From contig CBDCKA010000001.1 of assembly GCA_965218055.1 (NCBI GenBank), positions 840,953-904,952 of the forward strand: DNA of 64,000 nt, in the 5' to 3' direction. Source of the DNA: Terriglobia bacterium. Its GTDB lineage: Bacteria > Acidobacteriota > Terriglobia > JAJPHL01 > JAPKYU01. Below are positions 1-10,242 of this stretch, piece by piece. The notes under the pieces are model-generated. The model did not search any database, had not been told where the DNA came from, and saw nothing but the letters and a program-made list of their open reading frames with translations. Positions within the stretch are counted from its first letter, which is position 1, and each line of letters starts with the position of its first letter. A program made the translations under genes and the position numbers.

Positions 1-527
1 ACCAAAGCCGGGGCAATCTTCCACACCGGGATAGCCGCCGGAAAATTCCAGGGGGTGATGCAGGCCACTACCCCCAGCGGGTGCTTCAGCGTGTAGCAGA
101 AGTTCCGCGGCAACTCCGACGGTAAGGTGTCGCCGCCGATGCGGCGCGCCTCGCCGGCCATGAATTCGATCACGTTGATGGCCCGCAGCAACTCCCCGAG
201 CGACTCTTTCACCGTCTTGCCTTCTTCCCGGTTGAGCGCGCGCGCCAGCCTGTCCTTCCGCTCGGTCATGATCTGGGCCGCACGGGCAAGGACCTTCCCG
301 CGCACTGGGGCAGGCGTCTCCCGCCAGGCGGGAAATGCCTCGGCCGCGGCGCGGATGGCCGCCTGGGCCTCCTCGCGCGTGGCTAGCGGGATGACGCCTA
401 CGAGGTCATCGAAATCGGCCGGGTTGCGGCGCTCCAGGCTCTTGCCGGACGAGGATTCTTCCCACCGCCCGCCGATGAAATTCTTGGCCCGGGCGACCTG
501 TTGCTCTTGTTTGGTTACGGTGCTCAT
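1..527 (-). CDS. NAD(P)-dependent aldehyde dehydrogenase, N-terminal part (gene runs off window start)
   Basis: Minus-strand ATG ending at 527 with AGGAGA RBS. Translation MSTVTKQEQQVARAKNFIGGRWEESSSGKSLERRNPADFDDLVGVIPLAT...ITPWNFPAAIPVWKIAPAL is a typical ALDH N-terminus. Not in the ORF track because it has no stop inside the window. Confidence 0.8.
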   Translation of the reverse strand, partial: MSTVTKQEQQVARAKNFIGGRWEESSSGKSLERRNPADFDDLVGVIPLATREEAQAAIRAAAEAFPAWRETPAPVRGKVLARAAQIMTERKDRLARALNREEGKTVKESLGELLRAINVIEFMAGEARRIGGDTLPSELPRNFCYTLKHPLGVVACITPWNFPAAIPVWKIAPAL

Positions 528-589
528 CGCTATCTCCTATCCAAAGCGGAGGAAAGGCAGGGAGGCCTGGCTCTACCGCTGACGCTCAC

Positions 590-1900
590 CTAAGGTTTCT
601 TCGTCGCGACGCTAGGCTGGACTGCGGCAAAGGCCTGGTCCAGGATGCTCACGGCTTCGTCCACATCGGTCTTCGAAATGTTCAGCGGCGGCGAAAAGCG
701 CAGGACGTTGTTGTAGAGCCCGCCCCTGCCCACGATCAGGCCGCGCCGCCGCGCCTCTTCCATGAACTGGGCTACCTCTGCCGTCGCCGGCTCCTTCGTC
801 TGGCGATCTTTCACCAACTCCAGGCCCAGCAGCAGGCCCATGCCGCGAACGTCGCCGATCAACGGGTACTTGTCCTGCAATTCCCGCAGGTGCTGGCGGA
901 AGTAGTCGCCGACCCGGTGCGCGTTCTCCATCAGCCGATCCTCTTCAATTACCTCAATGGTAGCGCGTGCCGCCACACAGGAGACCGGGTTGCCGCCAAA
1001 GGTGGATATCTGCAAGCCCTGGAAGCTGCCAGCAATTTCGCGAGTCGTGATGGTGACACCCAGCGGCGCCCCGTTGGCAACGCCCTTGGCCGAGGTGAGG
1101 ATGTCGGGCGTCACTTCCCAATGCTCGATGCCGAACCACTTCTTGCCGGTGCGTCCCCAGCCGGTCTGGACCTCGTCAGCGATAAACAGCCCGCCGTGCT
1201 GTTTCACGATATTGAAGACGATCTTGAAATACTCCGGCGGGGGCGTGATGACCCCACCCAGGCCCTGGATGGGCTCGGCCAGAAAGGCCGCGATGCGCCC
1301 GGAGGTGGACGTCTGAATGACGGTCTCGATCTCGGTGGCGCAGGCCACGTCGCACTCCGGGTAAGTGCGGCCCAGCGGGCAGCGGTAGCAATACGGGTTC
1401 GGAGCGTGAACGACCCCCAAGCCGCCCGGGAGCGAGCCGCGCCAGGTGTGCAGACCGGTCAACGACTGTGCCAGGGCCGAGCGCCCGCTGTAGCCGTGCT
1501 GCAGCGCCACCACCTCGTAAGCGCCTGTATACACACGCGCCAGCTGCACCGCGGTCTCATTGGCCTCGGTGCCGCTATTGGTAAAGAAATTGCAGGTCAA
1601 CTCGCCGGGGGTAATGTGAGCCAGCTTCTCAGCCAGGGCAACGATGGCTTCGCTGGGCAGCAGCGTGGAGGCGTGCTGCAGCCGCTCGTTCTGCGCGTTC
1701 ACACGCTCGGTGACGCGCGGGTTGCAGTGGCCCACGCTGATGGTGACGATACCTCCGAAAAAGTCCAGGTAGCGGTTCCCTTCGTTGTCCCACAGGTATT
1801 GCATGCTGCCGCGCTCGGCCCACAGCGGCTCGCGGTAATAATGCGCCAGAGAGGGGAACAGATGCGCTTGATGCTTGCGGTACAGTTCTTCCCGGTTCAT
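590..1900 (-). CDS. class III (omega-type) aminotransferase, PLP-dependent
   Basis: Within ORF 590..2059; start taken at internal Met MNREELYRKHQ (ATG at 1900). The AT-III family signature is clear throughout. Lies upstream of the ALDH gene on the same strand (gabT/gabD-like pair). Confidence 0.88.
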   Translation of the reverse strand: MNREELYRKHQAHLFPSLAHYYREPLWAERGSMQYLWDNEGNRYLDFFGGIVTISVGHCNPRVTERVNAQNERLQHASTLLPSEAIVALAEKLAHITPGELTCNFFTNSGTEANETAVQLARVYTGAYEVVALQHGYSGRSALAQSLTGLHTWRGSLPGGLGVVHAPNPYCYRCPLGRTYPECDVACATEIETVIQTSTSGRIAAFLAEPIQGLGGVITPPPEYFKIVFNIVKQHGGLFIADEVQTGWGRTGKKWFGIEHWEVTPDILTSAKGVANGAPLGVTITTREIAGSFQGLQISTFGGNPVSCVAARATIEVIEEDRLMENAHRVGDYFRQHLRELQDKYPLIGDVRGMGLLLGLELVKDRQTKEPATAEVAQFMEEARRRGLIVGRGGLYNNVLRFSPPLNISKTDVDEAVSILDQAFAAVQPSVATKKP

Positions 1901-2030
1901 CGAAAACCTGGCCCCAAAATATACCACAGCGGGAACAGGCGGCCACGCCGCCCGACAGCGCTCCCCAAGGAGGTGAAAAAGCGGGCATGCTAGTATAAGA
2001 GGCTTATACGGACTCTGGAAGGGAGACTCC

Positions 2031-3752
2031 ATGCGCTGGAGCCAGCTTTTCATCCCCACGCTCCGGGAAACTCCTGCAGACGCAGAGATTGCCAGCCACC
2101 GGTTGCTGCTGCGCGCCGGCTACATCCGGCAACTGGGGGCTGGCATTTACAGTTATCTCTACCTGGCGCAGCGCTCCCTAGCCAAGATCGCCCAGATCGT
2201 GAGAGAGGAGATGAACCGCATCGGCGCGCAAGAGTTCTACCTGCCGGCATTGCACCCGGCCGACATCTGGCAGCAAACCGGGCGATGGGAAGAGATGGGC
2301 CCAACTATGTTCCGGCTGAAGGACCGCGGTGACCGCGACCTGTGCCTGGGGATGACCGAGGAAGAGGTGATGACCGACATCGCCCGAAGTGAGCTTCGCA
2401 GTTACAAGCAGTTGCCGCAAATCTGGTACCAGATCCAGGCGAAGTTCCGCGACGAGCCGCGGCCGCGCTCCGGCCTTCTGCGCACTCGCCAGTTCACGAT
2501 GAAAGACTCCTACTCGTTTGATCTCGACGAGGCCGGGCTGGGGTTCAGCTACCAGAAGCACCACGACGCTTACCGTCGCGCCTTCGATCGCTGTGGACTC
2601 AAGTACAAGGTGGTGGAAGCGCACTCGGGACCGATGGGCGGCAGCCAGTCGCACGAGTTCATGTTGCTGTCCGATGCTGGGGAGGACCAGCTGGCCGAAT
2701 GCGGCAGCTGTGGCTACGCGGCCAACCTGGAGAAGGCGGTGTCGCGTCTGCCTGCCATCTCGGACGCCGAGGGCCCGGCGGCCCCGGAACCGTTTGCTAC
2801 GCCCGAGCAGAAGACCATCGCTGCGGTTAGCGCCTTTGATGGGAGGCCGGAAGCCGAGCACATCAAGTCGCTCGTCTTCATCAGCCGCGACGCCCCGGTG
2901 CTTGCCTTGCTGCGGGGCGACCACGAACTGAGCGAAACCAAGCTGGTCGGCGTGCTGGAGGATCCGCGCGTGCGTCCTGCGCATCCCGAGGAGGTGCACC
3001 ATCACACTGGCGCCGGACCCGGATCGATTGGCCCGGTCGGCCTGACGGGGCTGCGCATTCTGGCCGATGCGGCGCTTGAGGGACGGCGCAACCTAGTGGC
3101 TGGCGCCAATCGCGACGGCTACCACCTACGTGGAGTCACCCCGGGTCGGGATTTTCGCGCGGAATTCCACGACCTGCGGGCGGTCCACTCGGGCGAGATG
3201 TGTGCCTCCTGCGGCGAGCCCCTCCGGGTCTCGCGCGCCATCGAGCTCGGGCACATCTTCAAGCTCGGCCGCAGGTATTCGGAAAGCATGGGGGCACGAG
3301 TGCTGGACGTTTCCGGGAGCGAGGTGGCGCTGGTCATGGGTTCTTACGGCATCGGCATCGAGCGCATTCTGGCGGCGGCCATCGAGCAGAATCACGATGC
3401 CGACGGTATGGCCCTGCCCGTCTCCATTGCTCCGTTTCATGTTGTAATCACGCCGGTCAACGCTTCCGACCCGGCCCTGATGCGTATCGCAGAACAACTC
3501 TACAGGCAGTGCCTGGAAGAGAAGCTGGAGGCGGTGCTCGACGACCGTGATGAGCGCCCCGGCGTCAAGTTCAAGGACGCTGACCTGATCGGGGTCCCGT
3601 TCCGGGTCACGGTGGGAAGAAAGGCACCTGGGGGTCTGGTCGAGGTGCTGCCGCGCTCGACACGCATTAGTACCGATGTTAAAATCACCCAAGCGGCGGC
3701 ATTCCTAAGCGACGCCTGCAGGAAACAGTGCCTAAGTTCTGAGGCTTGCTAG
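2031..3752 (+). CDS. proS: proline--tRNA ligase (bacterial type with editing insertion)
   Basis: 573 aa. N-terminus MRWSQLFIPTLRETPADAEIASHRLLLRAGYIRQLGAGIYSYL and class II motifs are typical ProRS. Confidence 0.95.
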   Translation: MRWSQLFIPTLRETPADAEIASHRLLLRAGYIRQLGAGIYSYLYLAQRSLAKIAQIVREEMNRIGAQEFYLPALHPADIWQQTGRWEEMGPTMFRLKDRGDRDLCLGMTEEEVMTDIARSELRSYKQLPQIWYQIQAKFRDEPRPRSGLLRTRQFTMKDSYSFDLDEAGLGFSYQKHHDAYRRAFDRCGLKYKVVEAHSGPMGGSQSHEFMLLSDAGEDQLAECGSCGYAANLEKAVSRLPAISDAEGPAAPEPFATPEQKTIAAVSAFDGRPEAEHIKSLVFISRDAPVLALLRGDHELSETKLVGVLEDPRVRPAHPEEVHHHTGAGPGSIGPVGLTGLRILADAALEGRRNLVAGANRDGYHLRGVTPGRDFRAEFHDLRAVHSGEMCASCGEPLRVSRAIELGHIFKLGRRYSESMGARVLDVSGSEVALVMGSYGIGIERILAAAIEQNHDADGMALPVSIAPFHVVITPVNASDPALMRIAEQLYRQCLEEKLEAVLDDRDERPGVKFKDADLIGVPFRVTVGRKAPGGLVEVLPRSTRISTDVKITQAAAFLSDACRKQCLSSEAC

Positions 3753-3784
3753 GAAGCCGTCCAAAGCAAACGCGGGGTTAACTT

Positions 3785-4156
3785 ATGAGCAAGCAATCTG
3801 GAATGGCCAGCTTCAAGGCCGTGGTCGCGGTAGGGCTGTTTGTGGTCCTCGTCTACTTGGGAATCAAGCTGGTTCCTCCCTGGGTGAACAATTACCAGCT
3901 CCAGGACTACCTCACCACGCTAGTCCGCAAGGCCACCTACGCTCAGGGTATAACTGAAGAAGGTATTCGCAGAGATGTCCTCACCAAGACTAAGGAGCTT
4001 CGCATGCCGGTGAAGGGCCAGCAGATTAAGGTGGTCAAGAGCACCTATGGGGTGAACATTGACGTGAAGTACAACGTGGTGGTGAAGACGCCTGCCTACA
4101 CCTTCAACCTCAAGTTCAACCCGACGGCCGGGAACAAGATGATCGCCGCAAGATGA
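3785..4156 (+). CDS. small membrane-anchored protein (DUF4845-like), hypothetical
   Basis: 123 aa ORF with an N-terminal TM helix (FKAVVAVGLFVVLVYLGIKLV) directly downstream of proS. Confidence 0.5.
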   Translation: MSKQSGMASFKAVVAVGLFVVLVYLGIKLVPPWVNNYQLQDYLTTLVRKATYAQGITEEGIRRDVLTKTKELRMPVKGQQIKVVKSTYGVNIDVKYNVVVKTPAYTFNLKFNPTAGNKMIAAR

Positions 4157-4242
4157 CGACCGAGCGCCCGGTTCGGCTAAAATAGAAAGAGAGCCGGCGA
4201 GGGCGCCCCAACCGGATCCGGCGCCTCGGTTGCTGGCCGGGA

Positions 4243-6816
4243 GTGCGTTTGCGAGTCCACTTTAAGAAAACCCGCCTGGCCCGGATCCTGCTGCACCCGT
4301 TCACCAAGGTATTGCTGGCGCTCGCCGTGCTGTTGGCCGTGAGCGGGGCCTCCGTTTTCGGCTACTACTATGTGCGGTTTGCCAAGCTGATTGACCGGCG
4401 GCTGAGCGGCGACGTGTTTGCCCGCACCTCGAAGCTCTATGCCGCCCCCGAGCAGCTCTTTGTGGGACAGGAAGTCCAGCTCCCCGAGCTGATCGACAAG
4501 CTACGCCGCGCCGGTTACTCCGAGGATGAAGCCAACCCTTTGGGCTGGTACCGGCAGGTGCCGGGCGGCGTGGAGATCTATCCCAGCGCGAACTCCTACT
4601 TCCGCGACGAGCCGGCCCGGATCCGCGTGGCCGGCGACAAGCTCGAGGCGGTCCTCTACCTGAAGGGAAACATTGACCAGCAATTCTACGAACTGGAGCC
4701 CGAACTCATCACCAACCTGTTCGACCGCTCCCGGTCAAAGCGCCGGCTGGTACGGTTTGACGATTTGCCACCCCACCTGGTGAACGCGATCCTGGCCGCC
4801 GAAGATAAAAGTTTCTTCCAGCACCCGGGGATTGATTTTCTGCGCGTCCTGAAGGTCGCCTACGAAGACATCCGTACCCGGACGCTGGCGCAAGGCGCCA
4901 GCACGCTGACCATGCAACTGGCCCGCAGCTTCTTCCTGACGCCTGCCCGCACCTTCAAGCGGAAGCTGGCGGAGGTCATGATCGCGCTGCAGCTCGAACG
5001 GCGGCTCACCAAGCAGCAGATCTTCGAGTTCTACTGCAACCAGATCTACCTGGGCCAGCGAGGCAGCTTCAGCCTGAACGGGGTGGGGGAAGCTACCCTG
5101 GCTTACTTCGGCAAAGACGTGCGCCAGCTCACTTTGCCCGAAGCGGCCTTCCTGGCGGGCATTGTTCGTGGGCCCAACCTGTATTCTCCCTATCGCTACG
5201 CGGAGCGGGCCACAGAACGGAGGAACCGCGTCCTGGACGCCATGGTGCGCACCGGCGCCATCAGCCCCGAGCAGCGCGACGCGGCAGTGCAAGCGCCGCT
5301 AGGAGTCCTGCCCCCTTACGTGGAAACCGGCAACGCGCCCTATTTTGTGGACCTGGTGCGCGAACAGTTGCTGGCCCGCTACCCCGAAAAAGAGCTGGTC
5401 ACCCGCGGCTACCGCGTCTACACCACGCTGGACATGAATCTGCAGCGCGCCGCCGGCGAGGCGGTCCGCAAGGGCATGCAACTGGTGGACGAGCAACTCG
5501 CCAAACGGAAAAGGAAGCAGCCCTGGCCGCGGGCCCAGGCGGCCCTGGTGGCCATAGACCCGCACACTGGCGACGTCAAGGCGCTGGTGGGCGGGCGCTT
5601 CTACGGGACCAGCCAGCTCAACCGGGCGGTGGCGCAAAGGCAGCCCGGCTCGGTTTTCAAACCATTCGTGTACGCTAGCGCCTTCAGCTCCGCCCTGGAC
5701 GGCTTCGAGCCGGCCATCACGCCGGCCACGGTGGTCGACGACACTCCGACGACCTTTCTCTACGAGGGTGGCGTCTATGAACCGAGCAATTATCAGCAGA
5801 AATTCCACGGCGAGGTCACAGCCCGCAAGGCGCTGGCGCTGTCGCTCAATGTGTCCACGGTGAAGATTGGAGAAATGGTCGGGTTCGACCGGGTCGCCCA
5901 ACTCGCGCGCCAGGCTGGCCTGAAGACTCCTCGGGGCACACCCTCGGTAGCGCTGGGATCCTATGAGGTGTCCCCCCTGGATATAGCTCAGGCCTACACC
6001 ATCTTCGCCAACCGGGGCGTGCGCGTGAATCCGATGCTGGTGCGGCTGGTCAAAAGCGGCAACGGCGAAGTCATTGAACGGCGGCAGACTTCCCAGCAAA
6101 AGGTGCTGGATCCGCGGATCGCCTACCTGATGACCCAACTGCTGCAGGGCGTCATCCAATCAGGAACCGGGGCCGGGGTAAGGTCCCGAGGGTTCCGGGC
6201 TCCGGCTGCCGGCAAAACCGGCACCTCCCACGACGGATGGTTCGCCGGCTACACCTCCAACCTGCTGTGCATTGTCTGGGTCGGTTTTGACAACAATCAG
6301 GAACTGCCGCTGAGCGGCGCGCGGTCGGCCCTGCCCATCTGGACCGCATTCATGAAAGGCGCCGCTTCCCTGCCCCAGTACCAGGAGATGACACCCTTCC
6401 GCGAGCCGCCGGGCTTGACCTGGCGCGAAGTGGATCCTCTCTCCGGTGAGCTGGCCACGGCCTACTGCCCCCAGAGCCGTCCAGAGGTTTTCCTGGAAAA
6501 TACTGAACCTACCGAAGTTTGCTCGCTACACACGCTCCAGCGGGTGTCGCGTCCCGGCTTCCTATCCAACCCCTTCGGGATCGGCGCACGTCCCCTCGGT
6601 CGCCCGCCAGCCGTTGCCCCTCCTGCGGGGGATGCCCCCCCAGCTGCCTCCGACTCTCCGGACAACGGCGCTCCCGCCGATCAGACCTCCCCGGCAGCGC
6701 ATGCGGCCGACCCTAAGGAGAAGAAACGCGGTTTCTTCGGCACGGTTTTCGGGGTTTTTAAAGGCAGCGACAAGGATAGTCCGGAGAAAAAACAGGCCAG
6801 CCCTCAAGGCCAATAG
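4243..6816 (+). CDS. bifunctional penicillin-binding protein 1A (GT51 transglycosylase + transpeptidase) with Pro/Ala-rich C-terminal tail
   Basis: 857 aa. N-terminal TM helix, GT51 motifs (ILAAEDKSFFQHPGIDF...STLTMQLARSFFL) and a transpeptidase domain. The C-terminus is low-complexity, Pro/Ala-rich. Confidence 0.9.
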   Translation: MRLRVHFKKTRLARILLHPFTKVLLALAVLLAVSGASVFGYYYVRFAKLIDRRLSGDVFARTSKLYAAPEQLFVGQEVQLPELIDKLRRAGYSEDEANPLGWYRQVPGGVEIYPSANSYFRDEPARIRVAGDKLEAVLYLKGNIDQQFYELEPELITNLFDRSRSKRRLVRFDDLPPHLVNAILAAEDKSFFQHPGIDFLRVLKVAYEDIRTRTLAQGASTLTMQLARSFFLTPARTFKRKLAEVMIALQLERRLTKQQIFEFYCNQIYLGQRGSFSLNGVGEATLAYFGKDVRQLTLPEAAFLAGIVRGPNLYSPYRYAERATERRNRVLDAMVRTGAISPEQRDAAVQAPLGVLPPYVETGNAPYFVDLVREQLLARYPEKELVTRGYRVYTTLDMNLQRAAGEAVRKGMQLVDEQLAKRKRKQPWPRAQAALVAIDPHTGDVKALVGGRFYGTSQLNRAVAQRQPGSVFKPFVYASAFSSALDGFEPAITPATVVDDTPTTFLYEGGVYEPSNYQQKFHGEVTARKALALSLNVSTVKIGEMVGFDRVAQLARQAGLKTPRGTPSVALGSYEVSPLDIAQAYTIFANRGVRVNPMLVRLVKSGNGEVIERRQTSQQKVLDPRIAYLMTQLLQGVIQSGTGAGVRSRGFRAPAAGKTGTSHDGWFAGYTSNLLCIVWVGFDNNQELPLSGARSALPIWTAFMKGAASLPQYQEMTPFREPPGLTWREVDPLSGELATAYCPQSRPEVFLENTEPTEVCSLHTLQRVSRPGFLSNPFGIGARPLGRPPAVAPPAGDAPPAASDSPDNGAPADQTSPAAHAADPKEKKRGFFGTVFGVFKGSDKDSPEKKQASPQGQ

Positions 6817-7137
6817 AAGAGTTGGCGCTTCTGCGGAGTTGATGGCCAACCCGCCCGCTGCCTTGCCCCACTCGAAACCCCAATAGGAACCACCGGTCGG
6901 TAGTGGGTCAGTTTCCGATAAGGGCGTTACATATCCAGTGGGCGGCGTGGCAGCATAGGTAAACACTAACCGACTAGTGGGGACCTATCTGCCGAATCCG
7001 AGCCAAATTCTTCCGTTTTAGAAACTTGCACTGCCAGTGAGCCCCCGACTAGCTTCTTCTCAGGCATTCTCAACAGACCCGCCTCGCGTTGACTTGCCTG
7101 CGGGTGGGGCGTAGGATGGGTGGCAAGAGGGAGCCTT

Positions 7138-8013
7138 ATGCGACTCACGCGCGAAGCAATCCTGATAATCCTTTTGTTAACCCCGGTTGTAGTCAGGGCT
7201 GGGGACATCAACAAAGACCTGTTTGAAGCGGCAAGGAAAGGGAACACCGACACCGTGCAGGCGTTGCTCGCCGGAGGAGCGGACGTCAATGCCAAAAGCA
7301 ACTCCAGAGGCGCGGGGAGCCGGGCCTTGAGGTACGCGGCAAGCGGAGGCCACGCCGACGCCGTGAAGGCCTTGCTCGATGCGGGCGCAGACGTCAATGT
7401 CAAAAGCAGGGGCGGATGGACGGCCTTGATGCGCGCGGCAGACAAAGGCCACGCCGACGCCGTGCAAGCCTTGCTCGACGGCGGCGCAGACGTCAATGCC
7501 AAAAACGAGTCTTTAGAGACGGCCTTGATGCGCGCGGCAGGCGGAGGCGTCACGATGCGCCTGCGCCCGTTCACCGCAGGCCACACCCACGTCGTGCAGG
7601 CCTTGCTCGACGCGGGCGCCGGCGTGAATGCCATAAGCAGGGGCAAAGTGACGGCCTTAAGCTACGCGGCAGGCATAGGCCACACCGACGCCGTGAAGGC
7701 CTTGCTCGACGCGGGCGCAGACGTCAATGCCGGGCACTCTACTGGGACGACGGCCTTGATGGACGCGGCACACGAAGGCCGCACCGACGCCGTGCAGGCC
7801 TTGCTCGACGGCGGCGCAGACGTCAACGCCGGGCCATTTACGGCCTTGATGCGCGCGGCAGCCATAGGCCACGCCCCCACCGTGCAGGCCTTGCTCGACG
7901 CGGGCGCAGACGTCAATGCCAAAGGCAAGTTGGGGACGGCCTTGCGGGTGGCGCAGAAGTATGGGCGAACCGAAGTGGTTGAAATCCTCAGGAAGGCCGG
8001 AGCTAGGAAATAG
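7138..8013 (+). CDS. secreted ankyrin-repeat protein (about 8 ANK repeats)
   Basis: ORF 7120..8013 starts with GTG. ATG at 7138 is preceded by GAGGGA and gives the signal peptide MRLTREAILIILLLTPVVVRA. Then comes the repeated ALLAGGADVNAK..G.TALM.AA..GH.D.V.ALLDAGADVNA ankyrin consensus. Confidence 0.85.
   Translation: MRLTREAILIILLLTPVVVRAGDINKDLFEAARKGNTDTVQALLAGGADVNAKSNSRGAGSRALRYAASGGHADAVKALLDAGADVNVKSRGGWTALMRAADKGHADAVQALLDGGADVNAKNESLETALMRAAGGGVTMRLRPFTAGHTHVVQALLDAGAGVNAISRGKVTALSYAAGIGHTDAVKALLDAGADVNAGHSTGTTALMDAAHEGRTDAVQALLDGGADVNAGPFTALMRAAAIGHAPTVQALLDAGADVNAKGKLGTALRVAQKYGRTEVVEILRKAGARK
7180..7990. repeat. approximately 99-bp tandem coding repeats (ankyrin modules)
   Basis: gtgcaggccttgctcgacg(c/g)gggcgcagacgtcaatgcc... 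recurs about every 99 bp. This also generates long spurious antisense ORFs (6966..7646, 7416..7982, 7662..7928). Confidence 0.7.
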
Positions 8014-8569
8014 GAAGGGATTTCTTAGTATCCGTTTCTTATTCTGCCAAACCTAACCTAGCTATAATTCCCACCCCTCCAATGCTTCGGGCGCATGGCA
8101 CCTTCTGCCGGGAGCTACAGGTGCGGAGCAAGACCGAGCCGCTCTTGACGGCTCCTACACTCCAGTGGCTTTGCTTGGCTCGCGTTTGGCAAACATCGTA
8201 CCAAGGAAGGCTCCTGTGAGGATAAGCGCAAAGGATCAGCGGCGATGATCTGCGGCAGGCTTCAGTGAGAGAACACGGACAAAACACGAACGCAGACACT
8301 CAACGCCCCCGAGTTTTCGCTTCACACAGGAAAGACTCAAGCCAAGCAGAATAGCCATCAAACAGAACAGCACAGCGTGCACAATGAGGCTCTTGGTCAT
8401 GACTTAGACTCGGGCTGATTTGGCAAGATTATCTGCCTGCCAAGAAAACCAGGTCTCCGCGAGAGTGGCAGCCTGCATAGGATCAGGGAATGACCACGTG
8501 CGCGGTAGCACTCGTGCTTGTAGCACGCCCGCTGATGATCTGGCTGGTCACGCTTCGGCTGGGACTGCA

Positions 8570-9586
8570 TCAAGCCTTCAGTACCACCAAGTAGTAGGCG
8601 GCAGCGGCCAGCATTGCGGCAACGAGAGGCGCGAGAAGCATGTACCCCCCAATCTTCCATAATATGGGAAAAAGAATCACGCCAGCTAGGAGAACAAGGA
8701 CAGGGATTACCGCCTTAGAGAAATTCACGCGCAAAGGTGGCCTCGAGGCAGATGGAACAGCCGTTCGTCTTGAGTCTGGGTCCAGCTTCAGACCAATGAG
8801 GTACCTGCACAAGGCGTCCGCATTCGGGTAGCGGAGTTTGCTGTCCTTCTGCAGCGCCTTGGAGATTATGCGTTCGATGCCGGGGGGCAAATCAGGATCT
8901 ACCTTGGCATGCGGTGTCGGGTCACGATGAAGGATGGCATCGGCGACTTCCGCCCTTGAATTACCGCTGAACGCCTGGCAGCCTGTGGCCATCTCGTAAA
9001 GGATGGCGCCGAGAGAGAAAATGTCACTATGGGCACCGACTTTTTCGCCCCGCACCTGCTCAGGGGCCTGATAGGCCACGGACCCCGGTGCTGCAGCGGA
9101 ACTGAGTTTCTGAGCTTTTGCCAGATTCGCCAGTCCGAAGTCAAAAATCTTAGCTTGCCCGTGCTTGGTAACAAAGATGTTGGCTGGCTTGAGGTCTCCG
9201 TGAACGATCTCTTCCAAGTGCGCTAGGTTAAGCGCGTCGGCAATCTGATTCGCTAGCTTCAGGAAGGTATCAGAGGGCAGGGGCCGACCGCCAATATGCT
9301 GTTTGAGCGTCTGGCCCTCCAGCAGCTCCATGGCAATGAAGTGCTGGCCTTCGTACTCCCCGATTTCGTAGATGGTGCAGATGTTGGGGTGATTCAGGAT
9401 TGAAGCGGCGCGGGCCTCGCGCCGGAAGCGCTCGACAGCTTGCCGGTCGCGGGAGAGTTCTTCGGAAAGCAACTTGAGGGCGACGAAGCGGCCCAGGTGG
9501 GTGTCTTCGGACTTGTAAACGACGCCCATGTCGCCTGCTCCGAGCTTCTCGACGATACGGTAGTGTCCGAGCGTCTGGCCAATCAT
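8570..9586 (-). CDS. Ser/Thr protein kinase with C-terminal transmembrane anchor
   Basis: 338 aa. Glycine loop LGAGDMGVVYK, VALK, catalytic loop HGDLKPANI (non-RD), DFG and APE motifs. C-terminal hydrophobic stretch VIPVLVLLAGVILFPIL... Confidence 0.85.
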   Translation of the reverse strand: MIGQTLGHYRIVEKLGAGDMGVVYKSEDTHLGRFVALKLLSEELSRDRQAVERFRREARAASILNHPNICTIYEIGEYEGQHFIAMELLEGQTLKQHIGGRPLPSDTFLKLANQIADALNLAHLEEIVHGDLKPANIFVTKHGQAKIFDFGLANLAKAQKLSSAAAPGSVAYQAPEQVRGEKVGAHSDIFSLGAILYEMATGCQAFSGNSRAEVADAILHRDPTPHAKVDPDLPPGIERIISKALQKDSKLRYPNADALCRYLIGLKLDPDSRRTAVPSASRPPLRVNFSKAVIPVLVLLAGVILFPILWKIGGYMLLAPLVAAMLAAAAYYLVVLKA

Positions 9587-10242
9587 GGGAAGTGGACTCT
9601 CTGTGCGGCCATGCTACGTCCTGCCTACGGGCAAGTCAACATGGTGACCTCGTCACTGCCGGCTGGCGCGCGGCCGGCACACCCAGATTCGGGTGACATA
9701 CGCGAGCTTGGCGATCCGTGCCTGACTGCGCCCGACTGCGAACGTCTCTGGGGAGAAGGCAACGGGCGGAGGGAACCCTTCTCGTGGTGCTACATTTGTG
9801 CTATATAATGTTCTAAAGCAGGAAGTGTGCTGCGTGTCGCATTGGGTTGTGCCCATGGCCACAAAGTGCCGGAGTTGCGCTGGATTGGCGGTTCAAACAT
9901 TTCTCACCCAGTTGTCATGGGCCGAAGACCGCATGGGAGTAAGGCGGCGGGCCGGTAGTCGCCAGGTCGTTGGCCCAATCCCGCCGGTGTTGGGACATTG
10001 CGGCGGGCTGTGGGAAACCTGTGCAAAGAATTGGTGGATTCCTTATAACCATATGTTTATAAACACGTTACGTGGCTGGCCGTGCAGTGAAAAACTAGCG
10101 CCTGCTGCAGCACGGAGAGGCAAATTGGATCGTATTGTAGCGCAAGCGCTAACTTGCACCACCTTGCAGCAGCCGGAAAAACTTGCGGGCGACTGGAACC
10201 GCACTGTAACAATCGCTGCCTCCGCTTCCCGTTAAGCTCACG

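Noticed and set aside
6966-7982. Long ORFs antisense to or frame-shifted within the ankyrin gene (6966..7646 -, 7416..7982 +, 7662..7928 -)
   Set aside because: They are by-products of the 99-bp tandem ankyrin-coding repeats in high-GC DNA. Their translations are low-complexity Ala/Arg/Pro strings with no start-site support.
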